This document shows, in pieces, positions 22,276-32,615 of a stretch of 38,358 nucleotides of DNA. The position numbers and the translations under genes were made by a program. Below the pieces are notes generated by a model, which saw only the letters and a program-made list of their open reading frames with translations, did not search any database and had not been told where the DNA came from. Numbering within the stretch: the stretch's first letter is position 1; each line of letters opens with the position of its first letter. Origin of the DNA: Scyliorhinus canicula (Eukaryota); the NCBI RefSeq assembly GCF_902713615.1, contig NW_024055486.1, positions 1 to 38,358 on the forward strand, written 5' to 3'.

Positions 22276-22667
22276 ATTACATCTCCAGTTTTATTCCTTT
22301 TGTTATTACTGGGCCTATTCACTGAGCTCCCCTCAGTCACTGTCGCCCTTTTAGATTTTTGACTATGTCTTCTCTGCCTTGCACTTTTCCCCTTACTTCC
22401 TTTTGCTTCTGTCCCTGTTTTACTACCTTCCAACTTCCTGCATTGGTTCCCATCCCCCTGCCACATTAGTTTAAACCCTCCCCAACAGCTCTAGAAAACA
22501 CCCCCCCTAGGACATCGGTTCCAGTCCTGCCCAGGTGCAGACCGTCCGGTTTGTACTGGTCCCACCTCCCCCACAACCGGTCCCAATGCCCCAGGAATTT
22601 GAATCCCTCCCTCTTGCATCATCTCTCGAGCCACACATTCATCCTATCTATCCTGACATTCCTACTC

Positions 22668-22714
22668 ACCTTTCGCGTGTTAGACGAATGTGATAACCAC
22701 TACACGACATAAAC
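22668..22714 (-). pseudogene. tRNA-Val (AAC) 5' fragment abutting the CR1
   Basis: GTTTATGTCGTGTAGTGGTTATCACATTCGTCTAACACGCGAAAGGT; 5' flank homologous to other Val copies. Confidence 0.8.
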
Positions 22715-23043
22715 TGCTGGGAGTGTTGCAATCAGCGGCCCTGTGCAATGTTGAACCGCAATGTGTTGCTGCAGCTGCTAATGGTTCCGCTGAAATGCCA
22801 TGTAACTTATTGCAAGAACCCGTTTCTTTAAAACTGATGTCTCAACTTATCAAAGGATCAGATATTGAACTTTGCTGAACTGGAGATCAGTTATGTTTTG
22901 CTTGAAGTTAAATTGAGAGGGCAGGGCTTTCATAAATAACCAGAGCTGAAACGAGAATTGATGATGCCCTGCTCACTTTGCTCTGCATCGGGAACCAGCT
23001 GTCCAACCCACTGAACTAAAGGGGACGCCAAAACTAGGAACTG

Positions 23044-23116
23044 CGAGCCAGCCAGGAGTCGAACCTGGAATCTCCTAATTCGTAGTCAGATGCGGTATCC
23101 ATTGCGCCACTGGCCC
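23044..23116 (-). tRNA. tRNA-Arg-ACG: tRNA-Arg (ACG)
   Basis: 73 nt GGGCCAGTGGCGCAATGGATACCGCATCTGACTACGAATTAGGAGATTCCAGGTTCGACTCCTGGCTGGCTCG. Confidence 0.87.
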
Positions 23117-23210
23117 ACAGCAGTTCCAAACTCGTGCTATTCCTCGATGATGAAGATCAGTTACGAGATTGAGGTAATATTCAGCAACAGACTAAACTGG
23201 AAGCACCAGA

Positions 23211-23283
23211 TGTTTCTGCCCGGTTCCGAACCGGGGACCATTCGCGTGTAAAGCGAATATGGTAACCACTACACCACAGAAAC
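23211..23283 (-). tRNA. tRNA-Val-TAC: tRNA-Val (TAC) on an AAC/CAC-type body; A58G in the B-box
   Basis: GTTTCTGTGGTGTAGTGGTTACCATATTCGCTTTACACGCGAATGGTCCCCGGTTCGGAACCGGGCAGAAACA. Confidence 0.78.
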
Positions 23284-25134
23284 AGCTTTGCATGGTTCAG
23301 CTTTGCTGAGAGGCCATGTCACTTCTTAAAAGAACATGTCTGTTTCTTTAAAACAGATGTTTAAACTTACAAGCCAGAAGAAGAACTTATATTGAACTGA
23401 AGAATTTGTTCAGCAAATCTCTAACGGCGAAATGCTCTCTTCTATTATTAATGCAGCATTCTGAAATCCTACAGAACAAAGCAACCGACTTTACACAATA
23501 TTTGTTTCGTTATTCAATGCTTGAGTAGAGTTTCAGAATTGACAATTATGTGTTTCTTATATTTGACCTCTTTGTGTTTTGGTGTGTAACATGCTGCAGC
23601 CTAAATACCGTTCATGTAGAAGAAAGGAGGGGTAATTGTAAATCAACTTTGAGCCTGGATTCCCACACTGGCTTTTCCTGTTTATCCATCAGGAAGACCG
23701 TTTTTTCTATCTCAAAGTTGGTTCAGTTAAGTCTCTGGCATTTCCTCTAAGCCAGTTACAGTATCGTTTGTGTCTGTCCTTTTGAGTACCTCCCAACACA
23801 CACACATGGAAAACCGAGGAGATGGACCATCCGAGCCTCCCTCGAAAACTCAATGGGGGAACAGGACTTCTACACCACCCCCCCCCCCCCCCACCCGCTC
23901 CCCACTTCGCCGTTCAAAAATGAGCGTAAATATAAAGTTAAAAGTTCTGACTTTGATTGTAAATATAAATGTACAAAAGGGAATGTGAGCACAGAACCTG
24001 GTTCACAGTGAAAGTGACGACCTGTTTTACAGATGTTTATGACGTTGCTGTTGCTTTGTTTCTTCTTTTGTATTCTTACCAATGGCTCTGTCTCATGTTG
24101 TGCATACATTTTGTTACTAAATGTTAAAAATCCCAATGAAAGTATTTGTGAAAAAGAGTCAATCACATTGCTGTGGATCTGCAGTCTCCTGTAGAACTGT
24201 ATTTTTTACAATAACAAACCTGAATGATTTAAATTCCAACACCCGCCATGGTGAGATTCAAACAAGGATTTCTGATTTATTTACCCAGTGATAATGCCAC
24301 GAGGTCACCACCTCCCCACTGAGAGCCTCGAGTTCCAAAATAACAATTTTCACTGAAACATACGCTCATTTTGCAGAGTCCACCGTCAACATCCCCGAGA
24401 ATGTGCTGCCCGACTGGCAGAACTGACTCAGAGGTGGCGGTAAAATGGTTTCCTGTCGGGCGTTTGTCGAGTGCTGCTGGGAAGGGGTAAACTGCTTTGG
24501 CAGGAGGGTGGGAACTGATTGGTAAATTCAGATGTGGAATAATCAAGAATGGGCCTGAAAGGCGGAAAATCATTGGGTGCGTCTGGACAACAAAGGAATC
24601 CATTGATAGAAAATAAAAAGGAGGATTTGACAGTGGCAATGGGGATATAATTCAATATGGTGAGCACAGTAAACAAAATAGGCCAGTTTAGGGCACCGAT
24701 AAGAGTATGAATTAATAGTTACTGCAGAAACAGATAGAGAGGGACCGAATGGCAGTTCAATATTCCTCCTGTCAGGGTTTTCAGACAGAGATAGACAGGG
24801 TATAAAAAGGGTGGGGTGGCTAAATGGGTTAGATAATCAATTACAGAAATGACAAGGGATGATATGCTGGAAGATGACCAATTGACGACACACCGATTGA
24901 GTGTAGGGCCAATAAAGGCGCTCTCATGCTACTGGGAGTGCATTACAGACCCTCAAACAGTCAGAAGGAGATCGAATGGTAAATATTCAGGTAAATCTTT
25001 AAAAAGTGCGGAAGCAATGAGGAAACAATCATTTCCGAGATCCATTTGACGCCTTGGATGACGTGACTCGTCGCACAAACACCATGTTGTCTCTCCGATG
25101 CCGAGTGCAGTGAACAGAAAAACATGGTGAGCGA

Positions 25135-25149
25135 GCTCCATCTGGTGGC
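25135..25149 (-). promoter_or_regulatory. Candidate CTCF-binding motif
   Basis: GCCACCAGATGGAGC on the minus strand. Confidence 0.45.
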
Positions 25150-25997
25150 GATCTGAGGTATATGGCGCTTTCCTGGAAAATTATCGAATTCTCAAATTAC
25201 TGAAGGATGTTGATGAATAATGACGTAACATTATTTTTGGTTCATATTTTTATTATTGCAATTTATTTCAATGATTATAAAGTTATACATGGAGCTAATT
25301 CCAACTTTGCTTTAAATCCTGCCGAATACCGTTGTTTAGTGTGATATCTCAGTCACATTGTTTAAGGAAGCTGGTTTTAAACAATATGAAATCACGGAGA
25401 TCACGATGAGATCCTGACTCTAAAATACCAATACATCGATAATATGTTAATATGACCATAATTCACACAAATATCCTGTATTATTTTGGGATCTAAATGT
25501 AACTGATGCCATGTTTATCCTAATCCTGAGCTGTGGATATTATATTTTACCTGTTTCAGCTGCTCCTATTAACTGAACACTTTGATGAACTCCTTGAAAT
25601 GAGGAAGTTGGACGAATTGGGTTTTCTACAGTCTGAACTTCAAGGAAAAGGGAAGAAAGAGGCAGAGGAAGTGTGTGAGAGAGGGTCAGAAACAGAGGAA
25701 GGGGAAACAGATATATAGAGACCGAGCGATAGGGCGGGGCAGACCTTGAGACAAAGACAGAGATGGAGGGACAGAGAAAGACAGGGAGAAGGAGAGAATC
25801 AGAAGATATTATTCGTCCAGGACTAACACTGATTGGCGCCCAACTGTCATCAGGGTCGACAGACGAGCCGATCACGTCGCTGGGAAACGCCCCTCAGTCT
25901 CCCAGTCAGTGAAGATTCTCCTGATCTGAATTTCTGCTTTAATACCAGAACATATTTCAAATCGGATTTATTTCTGCCGAACTCTAATCTAGACACC

Positions 25998-26432
25998 ATG
26001 TGTTCCCCATGTTGGTTACTGATAATAATGGCCATGCTTCCCGGTGAGTCGATGTTTAAATGTTCACCATGTGTTCTGTGTGTTATGTTCACTCCCAGAT
26101 ATTGAATACATTTTGTGTTTTGTTCCAGGAACAAATGGTGAAGATTCAGTGTCCCAGGATCGATCTGACATAACGGTTCTGGAAGGACAGAGCATTAACC
26201 TGGACTGTAGATACTCGACAGCTGTTTTTGATACTCTGTTCTGGTACATTCAGTATCGCGGGGATCCTCTGAGGAATGTAATGAAAATATATAGCACGGG
26301 AAGTTCAGATAAGTCTCCAGACTTCCCAGCCAGGTTCTCGGCTGTTTTACACAAAGAAAACCAAACGGTTCCTTTAAATATCGCCGGAGCTGATCTCTCC
26401 GACAGTGCCGTATATTTCTGCGCCATGGAGCC
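25998..26432 (+). CDS. TRAV: TCR alpha/delta-like V gene segment (leader exon 25998-26043, intron 26044-26128, V exon 26129-26432)
   Basis: MCSPCWLLIIMAMLP G|GTGAGT..TTCCAG|GA; phase-1 splice is in frame; EDSVSQ..NLDC..LFWY..DSAVYFCAME; alpha vs delta not resolvable from sequence. Confidence 0.92.
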
Positions 26433-26472
26433 CACACTGCTGCAGAGTTATAGCGGGTTCCGTACATGAACT
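26433..26472 (+). other. 23-type RSS (24-nt spacer)
   Basis: CACACTG + 24 nt + ACATGAACT. Confidence 0.75.
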
Positions 26473-26495
26473 CGCACTGGGAGTTCCAGTTACTT

Positions 26496-26511
26496 CGCAG
26501 CAGAGGGCGCT
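26496..26511 (+). promoter_or_regulatory. Candidate CTCF motif just downstream of the RSS
   Basis: CGCAGCAGAGGGCGCT. Confidence 0.55.
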
Positions 26512-28077
26512 CTCGCAATGATAGACGGACACAACTACTCAGCCTGTGAGGGTCACAGGCTCATTAATACAACATCAAAATCAAACACAACACTCAATAC
26601 GAACAAGTGAGCAGGAACTGAATACATATATTCGTTAATTTATAACTTGCATTTGTACTGAAATGAATTTCACAAGTTAATTTATGGTTCGTTAACTCAC
26701 ACTTAGTCTGTTTATGATCTTTCCATTTCTGGCTGAATTATTGTGTGGACCTTTTCCATCTCAGTTCTCCCCTTCTAGGACCCTTTGATCAAAGTCGATA
26801 CACAGAGTCTGGATAACTGGTGTATTTTATTGGTTCACAGACATTTGTAGAAAATTGGCACATTTCATGAGGCAGTGGTTGCAGACTTTATAACAAACGC
26901 CAAGGTCAGAGTCCCTCCAATATTAATTCTCCTTTCGATGTCTGTTTAATGTTTTCTGACACAATTCACAAACATGTTTTTCCGTCCTACAATAACCAGA
27001 CCAGCAAACCCATTCCTAACCCCGTCTGGAAATATGCAGCGATTCTTCTTATAAGGTACTGACTGTATCCCAGCTCGGATTGTTCCCATTCACTGACGGG
27101 CAGTTCCCCACCTACAGGTCTTAAACCGTCATTGGAGACGCAAGAAAGTGAAGTGAGAAAATGCTGAGAAAGACAACCGATTCTTGGTGGTGCGGAATAG
27201 AAGGTGTTGCTTCGAACTTCAACCTTTACAAATCAGAGGGCGACAATGCAGCCACCCAGTATCTGGGTTGTATGGGGCTGGTGCGGGCGGGGCATTTCGG
27301 AAAGTAATTGTGGAACAAACACATTTCATCGCATTTGAAATCATGGTTTCAATCGGAATTTTAAACATATGATTATTTCCTGTTTCAGCGTGTATTTCTG
27401 ATCTGAGTGATGAGAATTCTGTTTCTCGGCTACTGCCGTCTGATGTTAAGACAGAAGAAGAAGTTGCTGTTTTTAGTTTAACCTTTGATGCTGCCTTCTT
27501 GAACCGCTGCAGTCCGTGTGGTGTTCAGGAGAAAGTTTCAGTCTTTCACTTGTGCTGTGTTACTCATGTCAGCAGACAAGCAGCGAGGCAAAAAACATAC
27601 AGCAACAGCACCGCTCAGGCAGCCAAACTTCTCTCTGTATCTCTGGGTGGAGAAAGTGGCTCTGAATAGTTACTCAGGAGCAGGATTCACAGACTGAGTT
27701 CATGGTGGACAACAGTCCCACTCCCGTACTTTGTACTGTGTCTTAGAGCTCCTGTCTGTTGGAGTTCGACAGAATCTCGGGCAGATGCAGACATGATGTG
27801 GAGCCATCGAGCAGCGGCGATGTCAGCCACACAAACCCACACCGGGGCGGGGGAGGGGACCACATTGATCTCGAATGAAACTAACCCACCTGTTACCAGC
27901 AGCGGCAGTAAGAATAAACTTCAGAATCCGATCAGACCGACAGATCCGTTATCAAAGCAGTCTTCAGGGTAACCCAGCCTTGCTATTCCTGATCAGCTGT
28001 TAATTCTCTGAATCTCAGGGCTGGATGTTCAGATCAGCTCCGGGAAAAAATGTTTCTTACCTTTCAACCAGTCCCAC

Positions 28078-28270
28078 TAACGTCACTCGGTTTACAGACT
28101 TACGTCACTAAAACTACACGGAAACATCACACATGTCCTCAGTCTGACTCCACATAGGCGGTGCTCTGCGCATGCGCATTCTCCAACCCACACCCACCAA
28201 TGCTGAATCTCCTTCACAGCTTCACTTTGTGACCACAAGTCCCAGAGGCCCGGCTCGGGCGGGCACGGCG
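28078..28270. promoter_or_regulatory. Candidate promoter region upstream of the third V
   Basis: Two ACGTCACT (CRE/decamer-like) sites, palindromic TGCGCATGCGCA (NRF1 consensus, 28167-28178), GGGCGG box near 28257. Confidence 0.5.
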
Positions 28271-28378
28271 CAGTTGGTGTTAGACTCAGTTTGATGGACA
28301 ACAGCGCTGCCTTCGCAGCATTGTCTCTGGTCCTGAAAACTATCGAGAGCTACAGAACACAGATCGATAGGATCCAAC

Positions 28379-28884
28379 ATGAAGCGGAGATTCACTTTAG
28401 TGATTATCTCCCTGAATATCTTACTCTTCACTCCGTGTGAGTGTGATCACTGTATCTGGCAGGAATATGTCACACATCAGACATGTCATGTTATAGGGAC
28501 ATACAGTTTCTTTTATTGTATATCTTGTTATGTCATGTTGTAGTTGATTGTGCTATATCATATTCTCGCCTTCTGTGTGATATTAAATTATTCATGTTAT
28601 TTTACATCTCAGATGCCGCTGGCAGTGACGAGTTATCGCAGTCTCCAGAGTCAATGGTGGTTCCCGAGGGAGACATTGCATCCTTGGCCTGTTCCACCAC
28701 AGTAGCAGGAATGATCCTACAATGGTACAGAAAATACCCGGATGGAACCGTGCAGCACCTGGCGAGCGGTACCAGTGCTCAGGGCCGGATCACAGCTCGG
28801 TTCATTTCAGCAGAGAAACACAGCTCTCTGAATGTTAGTGACGTTCGAGTGACAGACACCGCCACCTATCTCTGTGCAGTGAGG
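28379..28884 (+). CDS. TRAV: TCR alpha/delta-like V gene segment (leader exon 28379-28436, intron 28437-28612, V exon 28613-28884)
   Basis: MKRRFTLVIISLNILLFTP T|GTGAGT..CTCAG|AT; in frame; DELSQSP..SLAC..LQWY..DTATYLCAVR. Confidence 0.92.
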
Positions 28885-28923
28885 CACAGTGAACTGAAAA
28901 CCATTCAACGCCGTACAAAAACC
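28885..28923 (+). other. Consensus 23-RSS
   Basis: CACAGTG + 23 nt + ACAAAAACC, perfect heptamer and nonamer. Confidence 0.97.
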
Positions 28924-29362
28924 CGCCGGGTCATTCTGAAAGTGTGTAGCCTGTGCAGTTATCCGAGAGCAGGCATTTTAGTAACACTTCCATGGATATG
29001 CTGCAATGAGTGAGGCCTGTTCGTGATTTGCGTTTACACTTTCATATCAGAAAAGAAGGGTCAGAACCCATTTAAATTCATTTTATTTCTTTAGAAGTCA
29101 CAACCAGAGAGCACGGGTCCCATGGTGCATCATCCAGTACTTAATATGCAAGAGCCCCGCCAGTATTATTAGAAACATGTCTGACTGAATCTCTCAGTGA
29201 TTGGGAATGGAATGAGTTAGAGATTGAGAGGAGCAAGGGAATTCGGGCTCTGTTCAGCTCAATGTCCCACCCAGACACAGCACGGGAGCCAGGCCCACTG
29301 TGACATCACTGAACATACGTCTGGCTTTGGTCTCATGTGACTTTCTATCATGCTTGAACTTT

Positions 29363-29380
29363 GCGCCCTCTGCTGGTGGA
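29363..29380 (-). promoter_or_regulatory. Candidate CTCF motif
   Basis: TCCACCAGCAGAGGGCGC on the minus strand; decamer-like AGTGATGTCA (minus) at 29301-29310. Confidence 0.55.
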
Positions 29381-29654
29381 TTCTGTTCAATCCGGTTCAC
29401 AATGGGGGTTACTGAATGGATTTAAGGTTCATTGATTTGTATGTGAAAACATCGATGTCAGGAATGAGAACTGACTATCCAAATCTGGATTCATCTCATT
29501 ACTTCTTTCTCTGGCGCTATCTGTCGGAAGGCAGGTCCAATCCATTGCAAAGTCACTGGGAGGCAGGCCGCAACCACCCCAGAGCTGGAACAGGAATTCA
29601 GACGTTTCGGCTTTCCAATCTCCTGAGCTACACTCAACCGTCGTTCGCACACAG

Positions 29655-30460
29655 CATGAAAATCGTCGGTGTGCTAAATAGCGAGGAGGAATGGTATAGA
29701 TTGCAGGATGATATTGACGGAAGGGCGAGATGGGCAGAACAGTGGCAAACGGAATTGAACCCTGATGCATTTTGGGAGGACGAACTTTGCAACAAAACAC
29801 ACAATGAATGGCAGAACGCCAAGAAGTACAGAGGCAAGAGGGACCTTGGTGTTCATGCCCACAGGTCCCCCAGTCTACTGGACAAGTAGATAAGGTGGTG
29901 AAGAAGACATACAGGATACTTGCCTTTATTAGCTGAGACATGGAATATAAGAGCAGGGAGGTAATTATGGAGCCGTATAAAATGCTGGTGAGTCATCAGC
30001 TGAAGTATTTTGTGCACATCTGCTCGCCACCTTACGGAAAGGATGTGATTATAGCAGAGAGGGTGCAGACGAGATTAATCCGGAGGTTTTCTGGGCAGGA
30101 ATGTTTCAGCTCTGAGGAGAGGCTGGATAGGCTGGGATATTGTCCTTAAAGCAGAGAATACTGAGGAGGACCTAATCGAGGGGTTCAAAAAATAAACCTT
30201 TCCATTAGCAGAGGGGTCAACAACGAGGGGCGTAGATTTATGGTATGAAGCAGACGATTTAGAGGGAATTTGAGCGCGGTTAGAACCTGGAACTCATTGC
30301 CTATAAGGCTAGGCGAGGCGGAAACTCTCACAACAATAAAGAAGCGTTTAGATGAGGATTTGAAACGCCATTCTATGCAAGGCGACGGCCAAGTGTCAGA
30401 AATTGGTTTAGACTAGCTAGGTACTTGATGGCCGGGGCAAACACGATGTGTCAAAGGGCC
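29655..30460 (+). mobile_element. Decayed CR1 LINE 3' portion
   Basis: KIVGVLNSEEEWYRLQDDID..WAEQWQ, KRDLGVH, YKMLVSHQLKYFVHICSPPYGKDV..ERVQTR in shifted frames. Confidence 0.8.
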
Positions 30461-30799
30461 TCTTCTTTGCCGTAAAGCTCTACGGCTAAGGAGCCAGAGG
30501 CACGAAGCTGCCGATGACGCCACAAGGCCACCTCTCCTTAGGTCAAAGAAAGTAAAGGAGAGACTGTACTGAGTTGCTGAAATGTAAGTGGATCTGTAAA
30601 TGAAGATGACACGGAGCTGTTTCCACGAGCAGATCCCTGGATAGTACAAAGATGGAGGAGAAATAAAGCCCAGGAAAGTCCCATTCATTATGTCTTCTGC
30701 GATTTGCTGAACTGCAGAAGAGGTGTCTAAATAAAGGAAGAAAATTCAACAATAACTTGTTGCACGTTTTGCTATGGGCGCAGAACGCGTTTATTGGGG

Positions 30800-31724
30800 T
30801 GTATTAACTTGCCTATGTTAAAGGCCGTGTGCTTAACACCACTAGGCTCTGTCTTATGTATTTTTCAGCTCAGGAGTCGCCAGTTGCCATATAGACAACT
30901 CACATATATTCCAAGGTCAGGTTCAAAGTAATAAAACGATACACCGATTAGTAAGTTCCAAACGATCAATATTTATTATACAATTATAATAAATACGCAT
31001 GCACACACTAAGGGACTAAGCTATGACTAAACTAAGCAAACAGAATACTTAACTACACAGGAACAGGCAAGGTCAGGGAGCGAGGCCTTCGTCCCGGTCT
31101 TGGGCTGCAACCTTCAGAAAGCGTGCTGGTCACTGGGGGTTTAGCGGGCTTGTTTCGCGTAGCGAGCGTCGTATTGGCACTTACGGTTCGGCGGCTGGTG
31201 CTCAACGGCTGGAGTCAGGATACGAGTTGGAGGTCTTGGTCAAAGCCGGAGCACGAAACAACAGACAGGACCATGTGTGGGGGTCTATATTTATAGGGGT
31301 CCCCAATGTCCTTCCCTCTTCCTGGGCGGGCTTTACCTTTAGGTATCGATTGGATCGCTTCCAATCGATATCTTTTGAATTCCTCCAATGTAAGGGTCTT
31401 TCTCGACGGTGGGGGCGGTTTCTATAGTGGATACTTCTGGTGCCGCGCTGTCTGGACATCCACTTAAAGTATCTTATTCAAACCCAAATGTTGCCATTGT
31501 GTGTGCCTAGATCTGGACTGCCTCATTAGTATGTAGAACGTTCTGCCATTATCACCTTTGGTTGGAGATCTTCCACCTGGCCAGAAACTGGTTTTGCTGC
31601 TTGCAAAATGCTAATGAGTGTTTGCAGGCTGTTTGCCTTGGCTAAACTGTTTTTTCCCTACAGTCTTAGCGATTCTCCATTTTGTTTGGTTCAGTGTCCA
31701 TTTTAGGTGGCTACAGTGGCTACA
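30800..31724 (-). mobile_element. 3' LTR of the retroelement (left edge uncertain, about 30758-30816)
   Basis: On minus: PPT AAGGAGGGAA then TGTAGCCAC (31724); TATAAATA near 31290; AATAAA near 30975. Confidence 0.75.
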
Positions 31725-32095
31725 TTCCCTCCTTGTGATCCTCACAATCAAAATATTGTGAAGGATCACCTATGTACGTTGCCTTGAGTGCATCTGGGTT
31801 GCCTTCTTTGTGTTCCCTGACCTCGGCAAGCTCCTGAGCGTCTACTCTGTCCTTAAACTATGGGAAGAAATTTTTTTTAACTGACATCTCTACTTGGCGC
31901 TATGTCAAAGGGGACATGCATTACCACAAACGGGAACCTCTACCTATCACAATTATCCTTATCTTAACTTAAACATTTCATTACAGACTAAACCTCATCC
32001 ATTCATACCACATCACATAACATTTCATGACTCGGCAGTCGAGTTCAGGACAATATAATACATGGGTATAATTTTTTTATTCATTACACAGTGCT

Positions 32096-32439
32096 TTATT
32101 CATCATGGGGCAAAGGGGATTGATGAAATCGAAAAATAGGAGATCGAACTCCATAGACGGTTGAGGGGCAGGAACGGGAGGCTCTCCTCTTCCACTTCCT
32201 CAACCTGAGGGTCTGTACAAGTATGGCGAGGATCGCAATCACTAGCAGTGATTCAATCACGTATGACATGGAGTACCATGTCATAAATTTTGTGCACCAG
32301 GTCTGAACCTCACTGATCAGAGCTGAGCACGGGGAGTTGCTGTAAGTGAAACATTTACGATGGGGGTTGTGGGGGAAACGTGTCTTGCTTCCACACATAC
32401 GAACATAACATTTAAAAGCAATAAGTGGGCTTCCATCAT
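32096..32439 (-). CDS. Small predicted type-I membrane protein (about 114 aa after repairing one frameshift) in the env position
   Basis: MMEAHLLLLNVMFVCVEA (signal-like) ..NVS.. [1-nt shift near 32340] ..VIESLLVIAILAILVQTL (TM-like) RLRKWKRR. Confidence 0.55.
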
Positions 32440-32615
32440 CTTCTCTTTGTTTTCCTTCTTTTCTTCCTCCTGTATGGCCGATCCTTGCTGTGGTCCCTGT
32501 TTCGTCCTTCGAAAGCTATGGGATCAAGCACAGTATCTGTCAATACAGCTTAATATCCGTACTTGTTAGTGTATCTGTCTTTCAATTCCAATTGACCCAT
32601 TAAAAATGACTGGCC

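Larger units (their letters stand above)
20415..22667 (-). mobile_element. CR1 LINE fragment (end of ORF1 region, ORF2 endonuclease, start of RT), interrupted at 21826-22278
   Basis: VLYLNARSIRNK, VAITETWL, IMGDFNL, LDLVLCNE, SDHNMVEF (APE endonuclease motifs); DKSPGPDGMHP near 20440-20490. Confidence 0.88.

Noticed and set aside
29264-29302. CACTGTG heptamer that could mark a J or D segment
   Set aside because: No GGTTTTTGT-like nonamer at 12 or 23 nt and no FGxG motif after it
29416-29941. 157-aa (+) and 170-aa (-) ORFs
   Set aside because: The + ORF's recognisable part is decayed CR1 RT; the - ORF is its antisense
23283-30800. Idea that the LTR element targeted tRNA genes (Ty3-like)
   Set aside because: Its visible end is more than 7 kb from the nearest tRNA and the other end is outside the window
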